Assembly: GCA_951406725.2 (NCBI GenBank)
Contig: OX597827.1
Span: 44,144,001 to 44,208,000, forward strand
From: Octopus vulgaris
Taxonomy: Eukaryota
Direction: 5' to 3'
Length of the DNA stretch: 64,000 nt
The notes beneath the pieces are model-generated. The model saw nothing but the letters and a program-made list of their open reading frames with translations, was not told where the DNA came from and ran no database searches. A program made the translations under genes and the position numbers. Numbering within the stretch: the stretch's first letter is position 1; each line of letters opens with the position of its first letter. Positions 1 to 13,899 of this stretch are shown one piece after another.

Positions 1-149
1 TCTTGTTTACTCTTGTGGGTTCGAGGTCTTGTGGGTTCGACGCCATATATATATATGGCGTCCTTCCTAGAGATAAGACGAAAATATTTTATATTCGCCG
101 CACGCACACATCTTTCTACGTTTTATAGAAAAACAGAACACAAAAACAA

Positions 150-330
150 GTGTATGGACAACAAGCAACTGTGTTAGTTTGACGCTCGGGAAAATGAAAA
201 ATTTCATTTACATTTCGAGCCTACGCTCCTCAACAGAAAGGAATAGTAGAAAATAAATACAGAGAGATTGAAAAAAAACTTGTAGATTTCAGCGGCCCAG
301 CATGGCGGATGATTGGGCGAAAAAGTTTGA
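150..330 (-). mobile_element. Penelope pLTR-like terminal region downstream of the PLE ORF
   Basis: Contains an HHR-like motif; related sequence (tcctgagcgtc / gagcgta.gctcgaaa) recurs at ~46925-47020 and 49400-49520. Confidence 0.6.
203..240 (-). ncRNA. Minimal type I hammerhead-like motif with variant core CUGUUGA
   Basis: Reverse complement reads cttt-CTGTTGA-ggagc-gtag-gctc-GAAA-tg-TA-aatg. Confidence 0.5.
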
Positions 331-997
331 AGGAAAGGGAGATAATAACAAAAAAGAGGTTGAAAGAAAGGGAGATAATGAAGTGCTGACGATCCCAAGA
401 GAAGGTGTGCGTACGTGTGTGCGTGTCTGAGAATGGTGTGTGTGGGAGTGTAAGTGTGTGAGAGTATAAGTGTGTGTGTGGGAATAGGGGCGAGTGACTC
501 TGACGTGTTTGAGAGTGTAAGCGTGTAAATGTGTGCGTGTGTAACGTCTGTGTTTTATGTGTAGCAGTTGAGGCGTGCTTTTTCACGTAGTGTATGCACA
601 TGTGTGTATGTATGTCTGTGTGTCTGTGATCAGTGTGCTTGTGTGTGGTGTAGATATGTGGGTGAAAGTAATCTTTGTCTATGTATGTTGGCCTGTTGCG
701 TGTGTATGTATATATAGCCTGTATTCAAGTACTATGTGCTTGTGTGGGTGTGGTATTATATATTGTCTATGTTCAGGCATTATGTGCTTGTGCGAGTGTG
801 CATGATGGTGTGTGGTGTTAATACTGAGTTAAACAGTGTGTGTAGTTGCTCATATAGTGGTATGTGTGGTGACGCTATTGAAGATTGAGTGTGGGTGTGT
901 GGATGAAGGTGTGTCGTGTGGATGCTGGGAAGGGATCAGTGCTAGTGTGTGGAGTGGTGTGGGTGGTATTAAATGAAGAGAGGAGGTGAGGTAGGTG

Positions 998-2202
998 TCA
1001 GATGAAGAGAGGAGGTGAGTTGAGCCCATGTGACGCAAAGGAGCGAAGAGAGAAGATTAATTCTTGTTCACAGCGAAGGCGGCCATCCGGATAGCACAAG
1101 TACAAAGACAGTCCGAACGCAGACAAATGTTGTAGCGAATGACTGGTAGAGCGGAAATAGCGCGAAACCGGAATGTCATTGCTTATGTCTCTGAAGTGCT
1201 CCGTGAACCGGCCAACCGAGTTGCGTCCCGTTTGACTGATGTACAGAAAAGGACAGAGAGAACAGGAGATCCAAGTAAATTACCTTACTAGAAGTGCAGA
1301 TAAAGGAGTCAGTGATATAATAGGGACAATGGTAGGTGCCTGTGAGGATGATGGTGTGGGAGAAGTAAGGGCAAGTGCGACAGCGTGAGCGGGAGCAGGG
1401 GAACGAGCCAGGCTGAGAGATGGGGTTAGGGAAGAAACTGTGGACCAGGAGGTTACACAGGTTATGAGCTCGTTTGAAAGAGATAAGGGGTAGGTTGTGG
1501 AAGCTGTACGAGATGGAGTGGCGGGTAGGAGTCGCCGGAAGTCTCTGATAATGGTGCATTGGAGTGGCAGGGTGGAAGGGTGGCAAGTTAGGGGAAACGG
1601 GAGACAAGCAACGGCGAGCGGTGTGCGAGAATAAAGAGCAGAGGCATGACCCAGAGATCATGCCCTGGTGAGGGGAGATCTACATAGGATGAAGTGATGA
1701 GTCATGAGTTAAGACTGAGTCTCAAAGTCATGGTTGTCACTGCAGAGCCTGCGCAGACTGAGGAATTGAAAATAGGGGATGGAGAGCTTGGGGTGGGTAG
1801 AGTGGGTGGAGGAGAAGTTGAAGTAGGAGTGTGAGCCAGTATGTTTGTAGTGGATGGAGGTAGTGAGAGCAGAATGGTGTATTCTGAAAGAAATGTCGAA
1901 AAATTTGACTGAAGTGTTAGAGATAGTGCAGGAGAATTCGAGGGCAGGATTGAAGGATTGGACAAAAGAGAATAAGGAGTCTAGTTGTTCGCGGGAGAGT
2001 GAGGTCGCGCCGTATGGTTCGGGAGTGGGACTGCTGAATTGTGAGAATATTTGGGCTTCAACGTAGCCAGCAAACAAGTTCGCATAGTTGAGGCCCATTC
2101 TCGTTCCCATAGCCAATCTTGAGTACTGTTGGTAAAAATCCCCCGCAAACGAGAAGTAGTTGAGAGAGAGAACAAGTTCAGCTAGACGAAGACGTGTGGA
2201 GG
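998..2202 (-). mobile_element. Degenerate Penelope-like retroelement ORF (RT C-terminal part + GIY-YIG endonuclease), frameshifted and 5'-truncated
   Basis: Minus-strand peptides LAELVLSLNYFSFAGDFYQQ..AMGTRMGLNYANLF (PLE RT), FPCSRSRCRTC..FICTSSKVIY (Zn-finger linker + GIY-YIG start) and C-terminal EQELIFSLRSFASHGLN; several frameshifts. Confidence 0.9.
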
Positions 2203-2209
2203 AAGCTAT

Positions 2210-2367
<158 letters not shown>

Positions 2368-2590
2368 TAGAAAGGAACTGGTAACGTCTATTATCCTTTG
2401 CCGTGGTTAATCATCGAACATTCTCATTTGAAACTGTTAATGGACTTTAGATGTAACTGTATTATTTATTCGATTACGGAACTACGTAACGCATATATTT
2501 CTAACTCTAACCCTTCCTTCATTTGTCGACCAACTGGAAACGACCAATATCCTCGATCGGGGATATTTTATCATTATTATATTTCTCTGG

Positions 2591-2704
<114 letters not shown>

Positions 2705-2879
2705 ATAATGAAATACTTAGCTTATGGAATCCTTACTCAATATCATGATCCACATGTTTGGCTATTCTAGAAACAGCTGTAGGAGACGCTGCAGCTTATA
2801 TTCTCTATCTAAATTAAATGTCTTCTTCGAGTGATAGCGAATGTTTTGCTTTGTCATTTTCTATTTTAATCTACATACA

Positions 2880-3211
<332 letters not shown>

Positions 3212-3214
3212 TAT

Positions 3215-3460
3215 ATAAATAAAAGGGGCAGGCAACATGTTGCTTGGCCGCATACCGAAAAAATTAGAAATGGCTGTCATAGACGGTTTATTTCTATTTT
3301 CTACAAATGGGACCCCACATACGACATATTCCTGTAATTCACATATGCAAAACAGAAGGAATAAATAACGAAAACAAAGTCTAATGGGCATTTGCGAACA
3401 TGTTTCTAGATTAGAAATATAATTTCATATCTTTCATCAGCGCAACTCTCCATAAAAATA
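3215..3460 (-). mobile_element. HHR-bearing pLTR-like repeat (same family as 47298-47625)
   Basis: Shares aaaagggc..gcaaca..gctt.gccgcataccgaa...attagaaatggc with 47318-47370; abuts (TA)n. Confidence 0.65.
3392..3445 (-). ncRNA. Type I hammerhead ribozyme motif
   Basis: ttgcg-CTGATGA-aagat...atcta-GAAA-catg-TT-cgcaa: 5-bp stem I, palindromic stem III (ACAUGU), GUU triplet. Confidence 0.75.
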
Positions 3461-3664
3461 GATTAATCAAATGCTACGTACCTCAACCCTCCGACCAGGC
3501 GACATCAAAAGAGTGGAAGAAAACGAGCATAGGCTAAACCTAAATAGACAGTTGAATTCGTGAATTTTCCCTCCAAAATTTTACCATGCGCATTACAAAA
3601 ATAGTTCCTAGGGGTAGAAACTATGGGTTGTCGAAGGGAGTGAGAAATTATTTACTCTTATTAT

Positions 3665-3975
<311 letters not shown>

Positions 3976-4267
3976 TGGTATATATAAATATTTTAATCTT
4001 CGGATTCTTTTTTAATATGCTAGACCACTGGTCTTAATTGATAAATATCAATTTCTACCCTTAATTAATTTTATATAAATAAATATGTTCTCTAACCGAT
4101 AAATTAACTGCTGCTAATTATTAGCTGCAGGCTAGTTTTCTCGGGTTTCAACGCGCCGAAGTAAAGGCATTTGAAAGATATATTCAAATGTAATAGGCTG
4201 AACTCCATGCACGCGATATTTCGGTATCGTGTTTGCATCTAGTCCAGCAAATTACATTTATAACGGA

Positions 4268-4332
4268 CCATGCTGATGATGGCTGCAGTTTTCCTTGCGG
4301 AAAATAACAGCTGAAACTAAGTTAGTACATGG
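4268..4332 (+). ncRNA. Type I hammerhead ribozyme, unit 1
   Basis: ccatg-CTGATGA-tggctg..ttttcc ttgc ggaaaa..cagct-GAAA-ctaa g ttag-TA-catgg; GUA triplet. Confidence 0.85.
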
Positions 4333-4774
4333 GTAATTATTTTATTTCGTATATTTTTCACTTGTTTATTGCTATGGTTTTGTGTTGAGTTTGATCTGAG
4401 AACATAATCTTTTGTGGTGAATGGCGATTTGACGTCTATATCTAGCATGTTGACTGTCCACTTTTCGTGTTCAGTCCTTAATTGGTATATATAAATATTT
4501 TAATCTTCGGATTCTTTTTTAATATGCTAGACCACTGGTCTTAATTGATAAATATCAATTTCTACCCTTAATTAATTTTATATAAGTAAATATGTTCTCT
4601 AACCGATAAATTAACTGCTGCTAATTATTAGCTGCAGGCTAGTTTTCTCGGGTTTCAACGCGCCAAAGTAAAGGCATTTGAAAGATATATTCAAATGTAA
4701 TAGGCTGAACTCCATGCACGCGATATTTCGGTATCGTGTTTGCATCTAGTCCAGCAAATTACATTTATAACGGA

Positions 4775-4839
4775 CCATGCTGATGATGGCTGCAGTTTTC
4801 CTTGCGGAAAATAACAGCTGAAACTAAGTTAGTACATGG
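4775..4839 (+). ncRNA. Type I hammerhead ribozyme, unit 2
   Basis: Same motif as unit 1. Confidence 0.85.
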
Positions 4840-5281
4840 GTAATTATTTTATTTCGTATATTTTTCACTTGTTTATTGCTATGGTTTTGTGTTGAGTTTG
4901 ATCTGAGAACATAATCTTTTGTGGTGAATGGCGATTTGACGTCTATATCTAGCATGTTGACTGTCCACTTTTCGTGTTCAGTCCTTAATTGGTATATATA
5001 AATATTTTAATCTTCGGATTCTTTTTTAATATGCTAGACCACTGGTCTTAATTGATAAATATCAATTTCTACCCTTAATTAATTTTATATAAATAAATAT
5101 GTTCTCTAACCGATAAATTAACTGCTGCTAATTATTAGCTGCAGGCTAGTTTTCTCGGGTTTCAACGCGCCAAAGTAAAGGCATTTGAAAGATATATTCA
5201 AATGTAATAGGCTGAACTCCATGCACGCGATATTTCGGTATCGTGTTTGCATCTAGTCCAGCAAATTACATTTATAACGGA

Positions 5282-5346
5282 CCATGCTGATGATGGCTGC
5301 AGTTTTCCTTGCGGAAAATAACAGCTGAAACTAAGTTAGTACATGG
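5282..5346 (+). ncRNA. Type I hammerhead ribozyme, unit 3
   Basis: Same motif as unit 1. Confidence 0.85.
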
Positions 5347-5788
5347 GTAATTATTTTATTTCGTATATTTTTCACTTGTTTATTGCTATGGTTTTGTGTT
5401 GAGTTTGATCTGAGAACATAATCTTTTGTGGTGAATGGCGATTTGACGTCTATATCTAGCATGTTGACTGTCCACTTTTCGTGTTCAGTCCTTAATTGGT
5501 ATATATAAATATTTTAATCTTCGGATTCTTTTTTAATATGCTAGACCACTGGTCTTAATTGATAAATATCAATTTCTACCTTTAATTAATTTTATATAAA
5601 TAAATATGTTCTCTAACCGATAAATTAACTGCTGCTAATTATTAGCTGCAGGCTAGTTTTCTCGGGTTTCAACGCGCCAAAGTAAAGGCATTTGAAAGAT
5701 ATATTCAAATGTAATAGGCTGAACTCCATGCACGCGATATTTCGGTATCGTGTTTGCATCTAGTCCAGCAAATTACATTTATAACGGA

Positions 5789-5853
5789 CCATGCTGATGA
5801 TGGCTGCAGTTTTCCTTGCGGAAAATAACAGCTGAAACTAAGTTAGTACATGG
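5789..5853 (+). ncRNA. Type I hammerhead ribozyme, unit 4
   Basis: Same motif as unit 1. Confidence 0.85.
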
Positions 5854-6181
5854 GTAATTATTTTATTTCGTATATTTTTCACTTGTTTATTGCTATGGTT
5901 TTGTGTTGAGTTTGATCTGAGAACATAATCTTTTGTGGTGAATGGCGATTTGACGTCTATATCTAGCATGTTGACTGTCCACTTTTCGTGTTCAGTCCTT
6001 ATTGGTATATATAAATATTTTAATCTTCGGATTCTTTTTTAATATGCTAGACCACTGGTCTTAATTGATAAATATCAATTTCTACCCTTAATTAATTTTA
6101 TATATATATATATATGTATATGTATATATATATATCAATTTTACCCTTAATTAATTTTATATATATATATATATATGTATG

Positions 6182-6218
<37 letters not shown>

Positions 6219-6282
6219 GTATGTGTGTATTTATGCTTATATATACATATGTATATATATATACATACATGTATATATGTTG

Positions 6283-6422
6283 TTTCGTCCACGATACATT
6301 GGTTTAATATATCATATTTTAAAGAGATATTTCTTTCATAAATATGTTATAAAACATCAAATATTATTAAGTTAGAAAATGTAGAAATTCAACGAATATA
6401 AATTAATTTAGTTAATGATTAA
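6283..6422. repeat. AT-rich repeat, duplicated at 7213-7350
   Basis: tttc.tccacgatac..tggtttaatatatcatattttaaag... present twice. Confidence 0.75.
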
Positions 6423-7212
6423 TTTTTTTGTATTTAAGCATATGGATATGAAAATAAACAGATCAACACACAGACGGATAGGTACATAGCTTATAAGAAC
6501 AGACAAGCACACATGCGCAAATGGAGACTGGAACACATACCATATATACACACACACTTTACTCCACACAATGACACATAAGGACACATATGCTCATCCA
6601 TACACGGTACATAGTTGCAAAATACACACACAAACATGCACACACAAGGAGACAAAGGTGCATACAAACACACGCTCACACACACACATACATAGAAAAT
6701 ACACAAACACGCACATGCAAGCACATGAATATGCAGAATACATACATACAGAGGCACACACATACATATATACATATACATACATACACATATATACATA
6801 CACACACATACATACATACATACATACATACATACATACATACATACATACATACACACACACATACTTACGTACATGCATGCATACATAAGCACACACA
6901 CACACACACACTGACCCACACACATGCGCACAAGCAAACAAAAAGGAACGCAGTGCAAATAACAGACAGAGTCAAAACTATTGAAAAGGTTGCAAGACGC
7001 AACGAAAAGTTTAGGAAAATAAAAATAAGAAACATGTGGAAATTTTACCCATGAATGTGTTAAATGATAAGGCACAAAAAGAAGATGACTCTCCCCAGAC
7101 ACAACAGAATATGCTTTAACACACGAACTCATATAAAGAATCTAGCAAGCCAAACACCAAAACGAAATATATATATTCACTATGGAGATATTTAAACCTC
7201 TTATAAGGATAG

Positions 7213-7409
7213 TTTCATCCACGATACCCTGGTTTAATATATCATATTTTAAAGGGATATTTCTTCAATAAATATATTATAAAACCTCAAATATTATTAA
7301 TAAGTTTGAAAATGTAGAAATTCAACGGATATAAATTAATTTATTTAATAATTAATAAATTAATTTATATTCATTGAATTCTGTCCATTTTCAAACTTAT
7401 TAATAATAT
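7213..7409. repeat. Second copy of the AT-rich repeat, ending in a fold-back
   Basis: Arms 7291-7345 and 7354-7409 are imperfect reverse complements. Confidence 0.75.
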
Positions 7410-7472
7410 ATATGTATATAAATTACATACAGAATATACACACATACATACATACATACATACATACATACA

Positions 7473-7506
<34 letters not shown>

Positions 7507-7809
7507 CATACATATAGATAAGCAAAAATGCTAGTTCTAGAATCTTTCTAAGAGATCGACGCAGTAATTGTACAGACATGTAATATTCGTAGCCACTTTA
7601 ACATGGCTGTCCGTTCGAGCGGACACTACTGCGATTCTTTAACCCCAAGAGGACATCTCCTCTAACTAGTTAACGATGCACAACTGCATCAGAAAAAATT
7701 GCGAACAGGGGAGCGAACCCCTTCCATCTTCTATATATATATTCTACAGTTTATATATATTTAATCCTAAGACAGACAGGCGTCCCATCCAGTGCGGAGG
7801 TGGTATATG

Positions 7810-7854
<45 letters not shown>

Positions 7855-9173
7855 AAATCAAATTGCGATAAAATAAAAATAATTATAATCGCTGGTATTA
7901 CTAACACAAGCCATATATTTTTCATATATCAGTACATTAAGGCGAAATATGTGCTAGGAATACAGAAGCTTGATATATATATATATATATATGAAGAGAG
8001 CCGGTGCATTATACATCAAAATGAATATATATATCCACGGTAATTAAGAACTCGCGGCGTAGAAATAGTTCTTTAAACGCCAACACGTTGCATATATTTC
8101 AGTAAATCCAGAGGAAGAAGCTTATCTATGTACATAATCGGCTAAAAAAGATCCATAAGTGCAACATGTATCTGGAATAAAATGAACAAATCTGTGCCTT
8201 CATACATTTTATTCTAAATACGTGTGTCCGTGCATGTGTGCATCTATGCATTGTGTGTATATATATGTATGTATGAATGTATGTATGTATGCATGCATGC
8301 ATGCATGTATACACACGTTATGGTCTATGATTGTAGTTCATGTCATTTGCGTCGATAGATTCGTGTTGGCCAGTAGCTCTTTCACGCCACCATTTTACTT
8401 TCATTCCATAAAATTTCTGGCCTAACCTTCTTCCAAACGTGGTGTAAACTTGCTTCTTCTTTATAGGTTTTTTTTGTTTTATTTTCCGTCATGAAGCCAT
8501 GACTTGTGAAATAGATCTACCAATTCATCAACTATGTCGGAAATGAAGGTATTATTTTCATCAAATCTCTTTCGATGCTTACGTCTGCTAAATGCCAGCA
8601 CGTCTCTGACACATCAGTAAGTTACGTTTCTTATTTGACACCAGATGTCTTCAGCAAAGAAATCTATTTTTTTATCGTGGAGTTTTCAGAGGGCTGCATT
8701 CATTTTAGCTTCAATTCAAACTTTGAGCATAGGATCCCTGATGAGATTTTGTAAATTGAGTTTGGGTCTCGCTTTCATCTTATCAATTGGAACTTGCTTT
8801 TGCTGAATTTGAACAGAAGACTATTTGTGAGCTAACAAAATAATCAGATTACGAAATACACCAGCGAGTTCGACTGGTTTCGTGTCACGTTGGCAAACAA
8901 TCCTGTAATGAAGTCGATGTCAATGTTTACTAAACGAACGTTGCCCCGGTTGTTTTGTATTTATTTCTCTGTTGAAACATCCGAGGATCTAAGGACGGAT
9001 CAGTGATATTCACAAACTCATATAATCCATTGCAACAATGGTCTGAACATTTTAACAACGTTTTAGTCCAACCATAAGTTCTTAATGAAGAGCCCTCTAA
9101 AAATCTGGAACAACATCGATAAATAAAGACAAGCTAACATTGATTTTTCTATAGCTGAAGTTGAAACGTTTCT

Positions 9174-9578
9174 TATTTCTTTACTGCCCATAAGGGGCTA
9201 CACACAGAAGGGACAAACAAGGACAGACAAAGGAATTAAGTCGATTACATCGACCCCAGTTCGTAACTGGTACTTATTTAATTGACCCCGAAGGGATGAA
9301 AGGCAAAGTCGACCTCGGCGGAATTTGAACTCAGAACGTAACGGTAGACGAAATACCTATTTCTTTACTACCCACAAGGAGCTATACACAGAGAGGACAA
9401 ACAAGAACAGACAAACGGATTAAGACGATTATATCGACCCCAGTGCGTAACTGGTACTTATTTAATCGCCCCCGAAAGGATGAAAGGCAAAGTCGACCTT
9501 GGCGGAATTTGAACTCAGAACGTAACGGCAGACGAAATACCGCGAAGCATTTCACCCGACGTGCTAACGTTTCGCCGC
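9174..9578 (-). mobile_element. tRNA-derived SINE family A (Meta/MESC-like core), head-to-tail dimer with 19-bp TSD
   Basis: B-box gagttcaaattcc and core gactttgcctttcatcctttcgggg; TSD ctgaagttgaaacgtttct at 9155-9173 and 9579-9597. Confidence 0.85.
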
Positions 9579-10039
9579 CTGAAGTTGAAACGTTTCTCAC
9601 AAAGCCTAGTACAGGGAAAGTGTCCTGTGCAAACTCTATTCCTGGTTAGATTTACAAACCAGGTGTATTCTACTGTGTCTCAAATTGCAACTACATTATC
9701 AAGTATAAATTAGTTCCACAAAATTTCAATGATACAAAGAATAGCCCACCTCTACAAGAGGAAAAGCGGTTGTACAATCTATGTTAATTTCTGTGGTATC
9801 TCTGTACACGTCGCTTTTGTCAAGATCCTTCTGAAATGACTCAACGAACATGTTTTTCAACAATTTCTTATCTCGGAAAGTCTGTGAGGCCATTGTGCGA
9901 AACGAGGAATAACTGAAATGGTTCTCAGTCTTCATCGACTTCGGAGAAAAGTCAGAGAGCAAGGTTATAATCTCATTATGGTTTTTCATTGGTTTTTACC
10001 CAGGCATTTGATAGAGCAAATTATGAGAGTGTAGAAAAT

Positions 10040-10310
10040 CCCCTTGAAGATATGCTTTTCATCGGGTTTTATGGATATCCCATTATTTCACAATGGCGTG
10101 CGAGCAACCATTGTTGAAAATGGGATAATAGCTGAACCTTTTACAATGACAAATGGTGTCAGGCAAGTCTCTGTCCTTGCCCTAACGTTGTTCGGCATCA
10201 GTTTCTCAGCTATGCTTCATGCAACGTTCATAGAAATATCATTTGTCTGCACAAGATTCAATTTGAAACTGATGGCAACATTTTCATGTCATCGACTTCG
10301 TGCGAAAATA
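10040..10310 (+). mobile_element. RTE/BovB-type LINE RT fragment
   Basis: EPFTMTNGVRQVSVLALTLFGISFSAML resembles the RTE motif GVKQGCVLAPTLF. Confidence 0.7.
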
Positions 10311-10569
10311 TAAAATATGAGAAATGCTTGTAAGCTGTTTAATGGGCCACAAAAGTACAGTCATCTGCAAAGATAAATAGACACACAGACAGAGAAGCAG
10401 ACAGACACACACACACACACAGGCAGGCAGACAGACAGGCAGACAGACAGACAGATAGATATTGACAGAGAAACACCCTAATCACCACTCAACATTGGCA
10501 CAGATTTTATAATTACATCCTTGTTATTGATTGTCGATTATTACGGTTTCTCTTTGTGTGGGAATGTAC

Positions 10570-10622
10570 TGTTGCTGCTGCTACTGCTGCTACTGCTACT
10601 GTTGTTGTTGGTGTTGTTGTTG

Positions 10623-10654
<32 letters not shown>

Positions 10655-10960
10655 GGTGGTGGTGGTGGTGGTGGTAGTAGTGGTGGTGACGGTGGTGGTG
10701 GTGATTCTTTTAAATGGTTGTAACAGCGGTGGTGTTGCTGTTTGTGGTTTGGGTAGTGGTGGTGACAGTTATAGTGTTGCTGTTGTTGCAGATGGTAGTG
10801 GTGGTGGTGGTGGTGGTCGTCGTCGTCGTCGTCGTCAATATGGTGGTGGTAGTGGTGGTTGTGGAAGAAGTGGAACAGGAGGAGGAAGAGGAGAAAGAGG
10901 AGGAGGAAGAGGAGAAAGAGGAAGAGGAAAAGAGGAAGAAGAGAAAGAGGAGGAAGAGGC
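10570..10960. repeat. Compound trinucleotide low-complexity tract
   Basis: (CTG)(TTG)(GTG)(GAG) runs. Confidence 0.9.
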
Positions 10961-11924
10961 TGTGGTTATAATTGTTTGTAGTGATGGGTTTTCGGTGTTC
11001 ATGCTATTTACGGCAGTTGTTAAGCTTAGATCAATAGTGACCAAGCAGGCCTTTAATCAAAAGCATTCCAGCTATGACCATCCTGATTTTTTCATAATCT
11101 ATATTTTTATATCCACAATAACACTGTGTTCGCTTTTTATTTTTTACTTTTTTTTTATTGAAAGATGACTGTATTGGTTTGAAGAAGATTTGTCTGCAGT
11201 TTCTACGTGACCGAGTAGAGGTTCCTTCGTATATGCGCGTGTGTTTGTGTTTGTATATGCCTATGTGTAAGTAAGAGTATAAGTGCATGTGTGCATGCAT
11301 TTTAAGAGGGAAAGGCAGTGCTCATGACCAATACAAGTACCTCTCACCCAAACTACTTAGATCAAAACGAATACCCTAAATAAAATTTAAGTATGACGAC
11401 ACCCGTACGATTAGAGTAGTCAGCTGGAGAGTGTCAATGTAATGGTTCCAGTTCGCCTACTAGATACTAGAAGTATCCGCCAATTATCCCTCAAACAACA
11501 CCCCTCCGTCTTGAAAAAAAAAAGGGTGTTCCATTGGTTAATATAGTCGTGAATATACAAATAAGGTTAGATGATCACAGCTTGAATGCCTTTGGATCAT
11601 ACGTCTGCTTGATCAGAGCTGGATTGGCGTTAAACAAAAACAGCAATAGTACCATCTAAGGACTGTGTCTATGCAGTGACTTGAAACCTGCTTAAAACAA
11701 TAGCAAAATCTCTTTCAAATCACATTGTCACCTAGTTCCTGGAACAACAGGCGCCTTGGGTAACATATTTCGTTTTCAAAATCGATTTTCTTTTTTTTTT
11801 TTTCATTTTATTCTTATTTTTCATTTACTTTTATCTTTTTTAACCTACTTGGTTTTTCTAGCTTTTCCTATATCATCGTTTTTATAGAATTGGGTTGTTG
11901 TTGTTGTTGTCTTCTTTTTCGTCT

Positions 11925-12120
11925 TCCTCTTCTTCTTCTTCTTCTTCTTCTTCTTCTTCTTCTTCTTCTTCTTCTTCTTCTTCTTCTTCTTCTCCTTCTT
12001 CTTCTTCTTCTCCTTCTTCTTCTTCTTCTTCGCCTTCTTCTCTTCTTCGCCTTCTTCTTCTTCTTCTTCTTCTTCTTCTTCTTCTTCTTCTTCTTCTTCT
12101 TCTTCTTCTTCGTCTTCTTC
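11925..12120. repeat. (TTC)n tract, probable tail of the adjacent SINE
   Basis: Direct reading. Confidence 0.9.
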
Positions 12121-12600
12121 CAGTCAGGACTCACGCCATTAGCCACAAAGAATAATCTCTAATTCGAACCTTCTCTAAGCTACTAAGAAGGTGTGTGGCA
12201 ACTTGAAGATCCGCCCACCACTCGCGATAGGCTGGCGGTTGCACGGGCCCGAAAGCTACGTTGTTATCCTCATTCCGTAAACGGTGGCTTTTAACGGAGG
12301 GAGAGCTGAACCCTCCTAGGGTACAGAGGATTCGCAATCTTGACTAGGGTCTGAAAGTTTTACCACACCATAGTGGGTTACACCATGGTTCCTCTGCTTT
12401 GTGGAAGAAGTACGAAGAAAGAGTGAGAGAAAGTTGTGGTGAAAGAGTACAGTGGGGTTCACCACCCCGCCCCGCCGGAGCCTCGTGGAGCTTAGGTGTT
12501 TTTGCTCAATAAACACTCACAATGCCCGGTCTGGGAATCGAAACCGCGTTCTTACGACCGCGAGTCCGCTGCCCTAACCACTGAGCCATTGCGCCTCCAC
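12117..12600 (-). mobile_element. tRNA-derived SINE with family C head and a different 3' tail
   Basis: 12420-12600 matches the head of 33008-33392 and 54779-55163; 12117-12415 does not. Confidence 0.8.
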
Positions 12601-12647
12601 TTGTTGTTGTTGTCGTCGTCGTCATTGTCGTTGCTACTGCTACTACT

Positions 12648-12817
<170 letters not shown>

Positions 12818-13169
12818 GACAGTTACGAGAGCGGTTTACAGCTCATGTTAATATAATCGTCATCCACACATTTTCGGGTAACAACCCCCCCCCCCCCTGA
12901 GCAAGCTATTTTGTGTGTTTCCTCTTGCAGATTTTTGTCGCGGTTCGCCATTCCTGTAATTCTAGGTTTACAGGGAAGTCATCGAGAAGTGAAGACTTCA
13001 TGAGAAATTCACTACCGAACAGCAATGTATTATTCTCTTTACTTTAATACGTGAATCAAGTGTTTATATTTGTTGCGGTTGTTTAGTAGATGTAATCTGA
13101 ATGATACCAAACCGCACTCAAAGACCGTCTGCATTGATCAGAAGCTTATTTTCCTCCTATTCTTTTTGA

Positions 13170-13790
13170 GATAGAATCAGTCAGTATCACTGTTCCTTTG
13201 AAAGTTTGCAGTTGATGTCAGAATCTCACAGATTTTAATGTCCATAGAACAGATTTCCTCTACAGACCAGTCAAGTATTCCAAATGTTAGTATAGTATCA
13301 GAAATGGTATTGCAAATATCGTGGTAAGTTATTGGGTGTGTTGTATGAAGGAAAACTCCGTCTTCCACATTCTTTTAGTCTTTCATGCAATCTTTGTATG
13401 ACTCGCCAAGGCAACACTTGGGTATTCGTAGCTCTCGTTCTATGAGAGAGGAGAATTAGAGAGATGCAGAGGTTTTCAGTTTTAAGAACGTTTACCTCTT
13501 TTAATTGTCAAATATGAACGTTTCTTTTGGCCTACTTCCCTCCCCATATCAGCAGAAAATGTTGCTATTGCATTGTAAAATTGTAAATATCTCGAATATA
13601 GATCTTTTGGCGGTCCACAAAGAAATCATTGATTACATTAGAGTTTCTTACTGATCTTGACCCATGCACATAACAAGTGGGTTTTCGTAAGAAAGAAATT
13701 ACAAAACGAAGCACAGACAAGGTGTCTCCTTGCAATATTCTTCTTAACAATATTTAAACAACTGAGACAATCATCGTACTGCCTTCAATA
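13170..13790 (-). mobile_element. Degenerate R4/Dong-like RT fragment
   Basis: RRILQGDTLSVLRFVIS..NDFFVDRQKIY resembles RT motifs GIxQGDxLS and F.DD. Confidence 0.55.
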
Positions 13791-13814
13791 ACAAGTGCGG
13801 TGTCTAAATTTGTT

Positions 13815-13899
<85 letters not shown>

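Noticed and set aside
8330-8950. Possible Tc1/mariner remnant
   Set aside because: Composition is suggestive, but no clear catalytic motif could be read.
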